A stretch of 64,000 bases of DNA from a virus. Lineage: Duplodnaviria; Caudoviricetes. Location: positions 3,123 through 67,122 of the IMG/VR virus record IMGVR_UViG_3300030330_001640; one strand, given 5' to 3'. The notes under the pieces are model-generated. The model ran no database searches, was not told the DNA's origin, and worked only from the letters and a program-made list of their open reading frames with translations. Position 1 is the first letter of the stretch. Every line of letters begins with the position of its first letter. Of the stretch, positions 7,186 to 15,674 are shown piece by piece. Position numbers and translations under genes: made by a program.

Positions 7186-8751
7186 ATGGAATATAATTTA
7201 CCAAGTGAGTTGGTAAAAAACTTAGACTTCGGTGGTGAGGCTAAAGATAGAATTATCACCGGAGTTAATAAGTTAGCCCAAGCCGTTAAATCAACATTAG
7301 GTGCATCAGGAAAATGCGTTATATATGAAGATGGTAGAGGCAAGCCGGTCATTACAAAAGATGGGGTAACCGTTGCAGAGAGCGTAGTCTTATATGACCC
7401 GGTTGAAAATATGGGTGCAACTCTAATTAAAGAAGCTGCCAGAAATACAGTTAAGGATGCTGGTGATGGTACAACAACTGCTACAGTATTAGCTGAAGCA
7501 ATAATCAAACAAGTAGACGCTGCGGTCGCAGAAGGTCTTACAATCAGAGAAATTAAAGATGGAGTAACAGAAACGCTAGATAGTGTCATAAGCTATTTAA
7601 ATAATATAGCTATTGATGTAGAAGGCGACATGCTTAAATCTGTTAGCGCTATATCTTGTAACAACGATCAAGAGCTAGGAGCTATAATAGCCGAAGCTTA
7701 TGATAAGGTTGGTAAAAATGGTGTAGTACTAATGGAAGAAAGCGAATCAGAGGATACATACGTTGATATTGTTGATGGTGTAAAAGTTGATTGTGGATTA
7801 ACGTCACCGCATTTTGTAACTAATACAGAGAAACAAACATGCGAGTTAGACAAGCCATTAGTTTTTATATGCTCATCTGAAATACCTAACGTACGTAAGA
7901 TACAAACGATACTAGAGTATGTTATTAAAAATAACAGAGCTTTATTAATTGTAGCACCAGTAGCACAACAAGTTAAAGCTGCTTTACTTATGAATAAAGT
8001 AAAAGGTACTATTAAAGTTAATATTATTGATTTACCAGGCTTTGGTCCTACTAAAAAAGATGCTACAGAAGATTTAGCTATACTTACAGGCGCAACAGTG
8101 CTTAATGAAGAGTTAGGTGATGATTTAGATCTTATGAAGCCAGAACATTTAGGCGAAGCTGAGTTTTCTGTAACTGATGATAAAAATACTGTACTAACAC
8201 TAGAAGGTATGACTCAAGGCATTGAAGATAGAATAGATGAGTTAAATAAACACTTAGCTGAAGAACAAAACGGTTTTATTAAAAAGAAACTTGAAGACAG
8301 GTTAGCTATGTTATCAGGTAGTGTAGGTATAATAAGAGTAGGTGCTAATTCTAAGGTTGAATTAAAGGAAAAGAAAGACAGGGTTGAAGATGCTATATAT
8401 GCTACTAAAGCTGCGTTACAAGAAGGTATAGTACCAGGTGGTGGTATTGCATTATTAAATGCTAGTCAAAAAATTTCGACCGGACAAGCCGGTAAAGTAC
8501 TACTTAATGCTTTATCTTCTCCATATAAAACTATTGTTGATAATGCTGGTATGGAAGTTAGCACTGGTATGAAAGAAGGTTATGGTTGTAATGTTATAAC
8601 TGGTAAGTATACTAAAATGATTGATGAAGGTATTATTGATCCTGTACTTGTAACTAAGTCTGCACTTAAAAATGCTGTAAGTGTAGCATTAACTATTATG
8701 TCAGCAGATTGTGTAATCTCAAATATCAGAATAGAAAATGCAAGCAGTTAA
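7186..8751 (+). CDS. groEL: phage chaperonin GroEL (Cpn60)
   Basis: ITKDGVTVA, AGDGTTTAT, RVEDA, VPGGG and GIIDP motifs; no GGM tail. Confidence 0.97.
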   Translation: MEYNLPSELVKNLDFGGEAKDRIITGVNKLAQAVKSTLGASGKCVIYEDGRGKPVITKDGVTVAESVVLYDPVENMGATLIKEAARNTVKDAGDGTTTATVLAEAIIKQVDAAVAEGLTIREIKDGVTETLDSVISYLNNIAIDVEGDMLKSVSAISCNNDQELGAIIAEAYDKVGKNGVVLMEESESEDTYVDIVDGVKVDCGLTSPHFVTNTEKQTCELDKPLVFICSSEIPNVRKIQTILEYVIKNNRALLIVAPVAQQVKAALLMNKVKGTIKVNIIDLPGFGPTKKDATEDLAILTGATVLNEELGDDLDLMKPEHLGEAEFSVTDDKNTVLTLEGMTQGIEDRIDELNKHLAEEQNGFIKKKLEDRLAMLSGSVGIIRVGANSKVELKEKKDRVEDAIYATKAALQEGIVPGGGIALLNASQKISTGQAGKVLLNALSSPYKTIVDNAGMEVSTGMKEGYGCNVITGKYTKMIDEGIIDPVLVTKSALKNAVSVALTIMSADCVISNIRIENASS

Positions 8752-8995
8752 CGATTACGTAATAGTAGATATAATAAAAGAAGGACCAAAGAAAGTTGGT
8801 GGCTTCATACTAACAGATGAAACAGATGAAACAAACCGATATAGAAAAGCTAATATTATCTCTGTTGGAAATATGGTGGAAGTGGTTAAAACTGGGGATA
8901 GCATATACTATGATGCTGTTGCTGGTCATGATATTGCTTATAATGATAGTATGTACCGGGTGATACGCGCTAGAGATATAGTTATAGTAGAATAA
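8738..8995 (+). CDS. groES: co-chaperonin GroES (Cpn10)
   Basis: AVNDYVIV start, VGGFIL mobile loop, ISVG, DIV end; overlaps groEL. Confidence 0.88.
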   Translation: MQAVNDYVIVDIIKEGPKKVGGFILTDETDETNRYRKANIISVGNMVEVVKTGDSIYYDAVAGHDIAYNDSMYRVIRARDIVIVE

Positions 8996-9014
8996 TTACT
9001 ATTTAGTAAAAACG

Positions 9015-9022
9015 TGTAATTA
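9015..9022 (+). promoter_or_regulatory. class II promoter-like core TGTAATTA
   Basis: core motif in the intergenic gap before the 9110 operon; upstream element not matched at 14-nt spacing. Confidence 0.45.
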
Positions 9023-9109
9023 CTATTAAAGTAGATTATACGTAAACTATAAACCAAAACCCTTAAACATAGAATCATAAATTAATTATAAACTTAAAAA
9101 ATTATTAAC

Positions 9110-9433
9110 ATGGCAACAATGGTAAAATTTGTTAAAGCAGCTGATGCGGCTTTAACTATAAATCCAGCAAACTTCAATGGAGCAGTTATTTCAGCTGCTG
9201 GTAGAATGGAGTTGGATTTTACAAAAACAAATGGTGCTGCAACTGGAACTTCATTAGTAGATTTAAATATTACAGATGGTGCTGCGGGTGTAGAACAAAA
9301 ACGAGTATTTCAAGCTATAGCAAACGCTTTAGGAGGTCATCCTAGACATGGTGCTGTTGTTGAAGTAGCAGATGTATTAACTGGTAAATTTATTCACAAA
9401 GACATAACAGGCATTCAAGCTGTTACTGTATAA
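9110..9433 (+). CDS. probable structural protein, paralog family member 1
   Basis: aligns by eye with 9446 and 9804 proteins. Confidence 0.6.
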   Translation: MATMVKFVKAADAALTINPANFNGAVISAAGRMELDFTKTNGAATGTSLVDLNITDGAAGVEQKRVFQAIANALGGHPRHGAVVEVADVLTGKFIHKDITGIQAVTV

Positions 9434-9445
9434 AACTAAAAAATT

Positions 9446-9802
9446 ATGGCAGAAAATTATTTATACTTCGCTAAAGACGGAGATAACGACGCGGACAAGG
9501 ACGCGATTATGTTCCCAAGATCTAGATTTATAGGAGCCGTTTCAACAGCAGTAACAACTTTAGAGTTCTTTTTTAAAGATAGAGCTAATGCTGCTGAAAA
9601 TGATGACGTATCATGCACAATAACAAGTGGTACACATAAAACGGTTTGTGATAAATTTGCGGAACTAGCAAATGGAAATAGAAACAATACTAACAACTTT
9701 ACAGTTATTAAAGATTTAAACGGTGACTTACCTTCTAACGAAGGAGCAATAAGTGCAACTGGTATATCTGAAATATCTGCAATAGCAATAACAACTTCAT
9801 AA
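9446..9802 (+). CDS. probable structural protein, paralog family member 2
   Basis: YLYF...MFPxSxFxG...TLxFxF...DxVxxTI pattern. Confidence 0.6.
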   Translation: MAENYLYFAKDGDNDADKDAIMFPRSRFIGAVSTAVTTLEFFFKDRANAAENDDVSCTITSGTHKTVCDKFAELANGNRNNTNNFTVIKDLNGDLPSNEGAISATGISEISAIAITTS

Positions 9803-9803
9803 T

Positions 9804-10472
9804 ATGGAAACTTACTTATATTTTAGAAAGTTTAGACCTGCAACTTTCACTTCCACTCAAGGAAGCGCAACGCAGGCATTAAGTGCTCCTTCAGTAGCTT
9901 CCATTGGTGGAGCTGTAGACGCTGCAGGTGTTAAAATAGCTTCAGCTACAGAAATAGCTAGCATGACTGTTACGCCAGCCGATGGCGCTAATAGTAATAT
10001 CGGATCTAACTATAGTCATCCTGGAGCGGGTGTAGCATTAACATTAGCTACTTCGGCAATAAATAGTGTTGCTGATAGTGTTATCACTTTTGACAATGTT
10101 ACTCAAGATACAGCTAATGGCTATAATTTTGAAACAGGTGATATTATTACTGTTACTTTACAACAAGGGCTTGAGACATCAGTCATGTATGCAGCAAGTG
10201 CTTTAAAAGGTATTGAGGCATCAGCTACTGGTTCTACTATACTTAGATTTAATTCTTTAAAAAATGATGGAACTGATGACGTTATAACAATAGCTCATGA
10301 TAATGGAAAGTACGAAGATATCGTTAATGGTATAAACGCTATAATAAATGGCAATAATAAAGGTAAAGCTATTACAGTTATAGATGGTTCTGGTGGGGGA
10401 CTAGTATTATCACCTGAACTTGGAGGTTTAGGAATTGACGGTCTTTCAATAGTTCTTGAGTCAGGCTATTAA
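9804..10472 (+). CDS. probable structural protein, paralog family member 3 with a ~105-aa insertion
   Basis: YLYF start, inserted segment, then MYAASALKG...ILRF...DDVITI. Confidence 0.6.
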   Translation: METYLYFRKFRPATFTSTQGSATQALSAPSVASIGGAVDAAGVKIASATEIASMTVTPADGANSNIGSNYSHPGAGVALTLATSAINSVADSVITFDNVTQDTANGYNFETGDIITVTLQQGLETSVMYAASALKGIEASATGSTILRFNSLKNDGTDDVITIAHDNGKYEDIVNGINAIINGNNKGKAITVIDGSGGGLVLSPELGGLGIDGLSIVLESGY

Positions 10473-10912
10473 TGCGATTAACTAGTCACGATTTACGTGA
10501 TTTACAAATCCTTAAGTATTACAGGCTCGTTCGTAAATGGGCCTGTAAGACTTACGGATTAACAGACGCTGATTTAGAGCTTCTTATTTACTTAGACTGT
10601 AAAGGAAGATTTACGCGTCAAGAATTTATCGACGGTACTTACACAATGAGTTGGGATAAGAACCGTTGGGAGAAATTAAGGAGGAATGGTTGGATAGAGA
10701 CGTGGAGACATAGAAACAGAACAACCATCAAATACTCAGTATTCAAAACCTCCTTTAAGTGCTCACACTTAATTAGTAGAATATATCGTATACTTTTAGG
10801 AGAAGAAGATATACCTACTTCGGAAAAGAGTGTGTTTTTTACTAACCAGTCATACACCGATAAGGTCATGAATAAGTCTATCGATGATATGATAAAAGAT
10901 AATGAAAGATAA
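10472..10912 (+). CDS. winged-helix-like DNA-binding protein
   Basis: LTDADLELLIYL...FTRQEF...LRRNGWIE resembles MarR-type wHTH. Confidence 0.5.
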   Translation: MRLTSHDLRDLQILKYYRLVRKWACKTYGLTDADLELLIYLDCKGRFTRQEFIDGTYTMSWDKNRWEKLRRNGWIETWRHRNRTTIKYSVFKTSFKCSHLISRIYRILLGEEDIPTSEKSVFFTNQSYTDKVMNKSIDDMIKDNER

Positions 10913-11337
10913 TGAAAAATTTAGTAGGTGGCTTATTCGGCAAAATAGTAGATAATGCAGAAGGAATACTTGACAAAGTTATTACAACAGACAAAGAACG
11001 TGATGAGGCAAAACTCGCGCTTAAAAGGGTATTACTCGAAGCCGAGAAAGAAGCTTTCGCAAAGGAAGTTGAAGACAGAAAGAGCGCTAGGGATATGTAT
11101 AAAGACGATGCGTTTATTCAAAAGATACTTGCCACACTCTTCACGGCAGCATACTTTGGATTAAGTTTTATGATGTTTAAATACTTTGTGATGGGTGATA
11201 TTGAAATGGGTGAATTTGAAATAAGCTTTATATCAACAATATTCGGTGCTATGAGTGCCAAGGTAAATACGGTTGTCGATTTCTTTTTCGGCGGATCGTC
11301 TAAGAAAAACGAACAACAACAAATAAATAATAAATAA
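10912..11337 (+). CDS. holin (GTA-type 3TM holin-like)
   Basis: amphipathic N-terminus, DKxITTDKER, SARDM, two hydrophobic segments, FFFG. Confidence 0.7.
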   Translation: MKNLVGGLFGKIVDNAEGILDKVITTDKERDEAKLALKRVLLEAEKEAFAKEVEDRKSARDMYKDDAFIQKILATLFTAAYFGLSFMMFKYFVMGDIEMGEFEISFISTIFGAMSAKVNTVVDFFFGGSSKKNEQQQINNK

Positions 11338-11339
11338 TT

Positions 11340-11771
11340 ATGGGATTAAATTCAACAGCTACGGCTTATAATTTTGGACAATTTGGTTCAACATACCTAA
11401 GTGGTAACGGATCAATACTTGATTTACGTGGAGCTACTGCTAAATACTATGTTTGCGCAATAACGGTAGTTACAATAACTCAACTAGAAGAACTACACAT
11501 ATTAGATGGTGGGGTAGATTTAGGTATGGGTAATACACATTTTATATCGACAGAAGACACTCAAACATTAGATACTGATTGGGGTGCGGTTACAAACCTT
11601 GGCGACAACGACGGTTTAGTGTTAGGCACTGGAGATGGTGGAGACGCTGTAGAGCTTCCAGCTGGTATAACTCTATATGGAATGTGGGACTATGTAGAGC
11701 TACACAGTGGAGATATTATATGTTATGTAGCACCAAGACCAGATTATATATCTAGAAGCGCTTCTATATAA
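11340..11771 (+). CDS. probable structural protein
   Basis: beta-rich, in the structural operon. Confidence 0.55.
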   Translation: MGLNSTATAYNFGQFGSTYLSGNGSILDLRGATAKYYVCAITVVTITQLEELHILDGGVDLGMGNTHFISTEDTQTLDTDWGAVTNLGDNDGLVLGTGDGGDAVELPAGITLYGMWDYVELHSGDIICYVAPRPDYISRSASI

Positions 11772-12121
11772 TGGCATTAGGTAACTCAAATTCATCTGCT
11801 CAGTCTAGGGGTAAAAATAAAGCTATAGTAGTAATAAGAAGAAAAGAGCAAGTATCAGCCGCGGGTTTTACAGCTTTCCAAGGTTCAGCTTTACAAAGCA
11901 GTGACGCCTGTAGCCTTGATAATTCTAATGTTAATATAACATACTACCATGATGGTAGTGGTGTTCTTCCTCAAGTAGGCGATAAAGTTTATACTAGAAA
12001 GCGACTAAATACTAGATTTTTAGTAGATAATGACAAACATTTTAAAGTTGGGCCAGATAGAGGAAGGTACTTTAACGTAAACTATAGAAGTGGTGTTGTA
12101 TCTAATGTATCAGCTTGCTAA
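11771..12121 (+). CDS. probable structural protein
   Basis: small beta-rich domain, YYHDG..P.VGD motif. Confidence 0.55.
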   Translation: MALGNSNSSAQSRGKNKAIVVIRRKEQVSAAGFTAFQGSALQSSDACSLDNSNVNITYYHDGSGVLPQVGDKVYTRKRLNTRFLVDNDKHFKVGPDRGRYFNVNYRSGVVSNVSAC

Positions 12122-12146
12122 TAAAAATTAAATTAAATTAAATATA

Positions 12147-12419
12147 ATGGGAAAAAAAGAAAAGTTGGTTGACTTAAAACCAAAGGTAGATAAAATATCT
12201 GACGAGCATTTAAAAGAAATGCAAGAAATAATAAACGTTATAAATAACGTTCAGTTTAATATAGGTAAATTAGAAGGTCAAAAACATAATTTATTACACG
12301 AACTAGGATTAACTCAAAAGAAAATAATAGACTTACAAGATGTGTTTACTAAAGAGTATGGTTCTTTTGATATTGACATAACTAACGGAACTATTAATTG
12401 GCCTGAAGATGAAAAATAA
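12147..12419 (+). CDS. hypothetical coiled-coil protein
   Basis: heptad pattern, C-terminal YG..DIDI..G.I. Confidence 0.7.
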   Translation: MGKKEKLVDLKPKVDKISDEHLKEMQEIINVINNVQFNIGKLEGQKHNLLHELGLTQKKIIDLQDVFTKEYGSFDIDITNGTINWPEDEK

Positions 12420-12633
12420 TATTATAAGAAAAATAACTATAGGTAAAGACTACAAGAATGATTCTATGCACTACGCTGTGGATCAGGAGGTTTACGGAGG
12501 TCATAAGATATGTGACATAATAGAAGAAGAAGATAAGTATTGTATTTACATTAAAAAAGGTGATGTAGTTATACCATGGAAAGACTTTAATAAAAATATG
12601 GCTATATCTGTTGAGTATAACTTAGAGTACTAA
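12409..12633 (+). CDS. hypothetical phage protein (IRKITIGKDYKNDSMHY)
   Basis: ORF track. Confidence 0.75.
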   Translation: MKNNIIRKITIGKDYKNDSMHYAVDQEVYGGHKICDIIEEEDKYCIYIKKGDVVIPWKDFNKNMAISVEYNLEY

Positions 12634-13220
12634 TGAAAGCTTACAAAGATTTTATAGTATCACCTATAGGTGAGAGATATAATAATTCTAAAAAAGTTGG
12701 CGACAAAGAGTTAATACTTAATACTGAAATATTTAATCATCAGTTTATAAATAGATTAGCTTTAGTGCTAGAAACACCTATATTATTTGATACACCAATA
12801 AGCAAGCGTGACCAAGTAATATTACATCACAATGTATTTAGAAGATGGCACGATGTTAAGGGTAGAGAGAAAAATAGCAGATCTTATTGGAAAGAAGACA
12901 AGTATATAATATCTGCAGATCAAATATTTCTTTACAAGAAAAAAGACTGGATGGCTATGCCAGGCTATAGCTTTGTTCAACCTATAATATCAAGTAATAA
13001 TTTAACTATTGAAGAAGAAGAACCTTTAATGGGTATAATTAAATATAGCGATGGTACTTACAACAAAGAAGAATTAGTTGGGTTTACACCTAGTAGTGAA
13101 TATGAGTTTATCATAGAAGGTAAAAGACTATATCGAGTATTAAATAAATTTATTACAATTAAATATGAGTATCAAGGAAACGAAAAAGAATATAATCCAA
13201 GCTGGGCACAAAGCAGTTGA
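12633..13220 (+). CDS. GroES-like-fold protein (two repeats suspected)
   Basis: DFIVSP / FVQP starts of two halves and LILNTE loop resemble a tandem Cpn10-like fold. Confidence 0.45.
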   Translation: MKAYKDFIVSPIGERYNNSKKVGDKELILNTEIFNHQFINRLALVLETPILFDTPISKRDQVILHHNVFRRWHDVKGREKNSRSYWKEDKYIISADQIFLYKKKDWMAMPGYSFVQPIISSNNLTIEEEEPLMGIIKYSDGTYNKEELVGFTPSSEYEFIIEGKRLYRVLNKFITIKYEYQGNEKEYNPSWAQSS

Positions 13221-13440
13221 AGAATTAATCAAAGTAGCTAAGGAAGCTATTGTTGATTCCGACGATGATATATCAGCTGACAGATTAAAAAACGCGGCAG
13301 CAACTAAAAAGTTAGCTATATTTGATGCGTTTGAAATATTAAATAGAATCCACGAAGAAGAGAATATGCTAGAGGGAAAACCTGTTGAAGAAAAAAAAGA
13401 AAACAAGTTTAAAGGATTCGCAGAAGGTAGATCTAAGTAA
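13165..13440 (+). CDS. probable terminase small subunit
   Basis: helical 91-aa protein directly upstream of TerL. Confidence 0.6.
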   Translation: MSIKETKKNIIQAGHKAVEELIKVAKEAIVDSDDDISADRLKNAAATKKLAIFDAFEILNRIHEEENMLEGKPVEEKKENKFKGFAEGRSK

Positions 13441-15674
13441 TGTACGAACAAACATTAGTTAAGGTTGTAGAACCTATAAAAATAAATACCATTAAAAGGC
13501 TTAATAAGTCTAAGAAATGGAAATATGGTTATAACAAAGAAGCGGATATAGTTTGTATATCTAAAACTGGCATGATAGGTGAGGTGATAGAAATACAAGG
13601 ACTTCAAATAGCTTTACCTAAGCAACCTAAAGAAATATACTCTTGCAGTAAAGTTAAATCAGAACAAAAGTGGAAACAGTTTCCAGCTAACCCTGATTTT
13701 AAAAGAATTAAAACTGTGTTTGATTGGCAAGAATATCCAGATGATTTTAAAGAAAAACATTACGGTTATATAGACGAAGAGTTTAGAAGAAGAGAAGAAG
13801 GATTTTGGTTTATGAATAATGGTAAGCCAACATATATTACAGGCACGCATTATATGTATTTACAATGGAGTAAAATAGATGTAGGTGCTCCAGATTATAG
13901 AGAGGCTAATAGATTATTTTATATATTTTGGGAAGCTTGTAAAGCAGATAGCAGAAGTTATGGAATGTGTTATTTAAAAAATAGACGTTCTGGTTTTTCT
14001 TTTATGAGTTCTGCAGAAACTGTTAACTTAGCAACACTAGCCAGTGATAGTAGATTTGGTATACTATCAAAAACAGGTGCTGATGCTAAAAAGATGTTTA
14101 CAGATAAAGTTGTACCAATAAGTCTCAACTATCCATTTTTCTTTAAACCGATACAAGATGGTATGGACCGACCAAAGTCCGAACTTGCATATAGAGTTCC
14201 AGCTAAAAAGTTTACTCGTAAGAAAATACGTGAGCGTGAAGAAATGGATGACGTTGAAGGACTAGACACAACTATAGACTGGAAGAATACAGGTGATAAT
14301 AGTTATGATGGTGAAAAGCTTTCGTTGTTAGTGCACGATGAAAGTGGCAAATGGGAAAGACCTGATAATATAAAAAATAACTGGAGAGTTACAAAAACTT
14401 GTTTGCGATTAGGTAGTAGAGTAGTTGGTAAGTGTATGATGGGTAGTACTAGTAATGCACTAGATAAAGGAGGTGATAATTTTAAAAACTTATATAATAA
14501 TTCAGATGTTACAAAACGAAATCGCAATGGACAGACTAAGTCAGGATTATATTCTTTGTTTATTCCTATGGAATGGAATTACGAAGGTTTCATCGACGAG
14601 TACGGACAACCTGTATTCAACACTCGTAGAGAACGAACACTTGATCCACATGGATTAGAAATTGAGCACGGAGTTATAGATCATTGGAATAATGAAGCTG
14701 AAGGTTTAAAAGATGATCAAGACGCTTTAAATGAATTTTACCGCCAATTTCCAAGAACTGAAGAGCATGCATTTAGAGATGAAACTAAAAATAGTTTATT
14801 TAATCTTATAAAAATATATGAGCAAATAGATTATAATGAAGGAAACAGAAACTCATCAGTAATAACAATTGGTAATTTTCAGTGGTTGAATGGTAAAAAA
14901 GATACATTAGTTGCATTTAACCCAGATCCTGGTGGTAGGTTTAAAGTAAGTTGGGTACCAAGTGTTAAATTACAAAATAACGTTATTATTAAAAATGGCG
15001 TGAGGTATCCAGGTAACGAACACATGGGCGCATTTGGTTGTGACTCATACGATATATCTGGAACAGTAGATAAACGAGGTTCAAAAGGCGCTTTGCACGG
15101 ATTAACAAAGTTTTCAATGGAAGACGCTCCAGCAAACACTTTTTTCCTTGAGTACATAGCAAGACCACAAACGGCTGAAATATTTTTTGAAGACGTTTTA
15201 ATGTCGTTAGTATTTTACGGCATGCCAATACTTGCAGAAAATAATAAACCAAGATTATTGTACTATTTAAGAAGAAGAGGTTATAGAGGATTTAGTATGA
15301 ATAGACCAGATAAAATTTGGAACAAACTATCAGTAGCAGAAAAAGAGGTTGGTGGAATACCTAACTCTAGTGAAGATATAAAACAAGCTCATGCAGCTGC
15401 TATTGAAATGTATATTAACGATCACGTTGGTTTATTACAAGATGGTACTTACGGTACTATGTATTTTAATGAAACATTAAATGACTGGTCGAAGTTTGAT
15501 ATAAATAGAAGAACTAGGCATGATGCGTCAATAAGCTCTGGGTTAGCAATAATGGCTTGTAATAGACATTTATATAAACCAAATCCAGATCATAAAAAGA
15601 AACCTTTAAACCTGCATATATCAAAATATAATAACAAAGGATTTTCATCACAGATAATTAAAAGTAAAATATGA
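13440..15674 (+). CDS. terL: terminase large subunit
   Basis: Walker A-like KNRRSGFS, Walker B LLVHDESG, coupling motif GST, nuclease GCDSY and HDAS. Confidence 0.93.
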   Translation: MYEQTLVKVVEPIKINTIKRLNKSKKWKYGYNKEADIVCISKTGMIGEVIEIQGLQIALPKQPKEIYSCSKVKSEQKWKQFPANPDFKRIKTVFDWQEYPDDFKEKHYGYIDEEFRRREEGFWFMNNGKPTYITGTHYMYLQWSKIDVGAPDYREANRLFYIFWEACKADSRSYGMCYLKNRRSGFSFMSSAETVNLATLASDSRFGILSKTGADAKKMFTDKVVPISLNYPFFFKPIQDGMDRPKSELAYRVPAKKFTRKKIREREEMDDVEGLDTTIDWKNTGDNSYDGEKLSLLVHDESGKWERPDNIKNNWRVTKTCLRLGSRVVGKCMMGSTSNALDKGGDNFKNLYNNSDVTKRNRNGQTKSGLYSLFIPMEWNYEGFIDEYGQPVFNTRRERTLDPHGLEIEHGVIDHWNNEAEGLKDDQDALNEFYRQFPRTEEHAFRDETKNSLFNLIKIYEQIDYNEGNRNSSVITIGNFQWLNGKKDTLVAFNPDPGGRFKVSWVPSVKLQNNVIIKNGVRYPGNEHMGAFGCDSYDISGTVDKRGSKGALHGLTKFSMEDAPANTFFLEYIARPQTAEIFFEDVLMSLVFYGMPILAENNKPRLLYYLRRRGYRGFSMNRPDKIWNKLSVAEKEVGGIPNSSEDIKQAHAAAIEMYINDHVGLLQDGTYGTMYFNETLNDWSKFDINRRTRHDASISSGLAIMACNRHLYKPNPDHKKKPLNLHISKYNNKGFSSQIIKSKI

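Noticed and set aside
1237-7589. antisense ORFs in the track (e.g. 1237..1524, 2596..2817, 5214..5603, 6355..6741, 7167..7589 and similar later ones)
   Set aside because: They are shadows of well-supported genes on the opposite strand; their hydrophobic Phe/Leu/Ser composition mirrors Lys/Glu-rich sense codons
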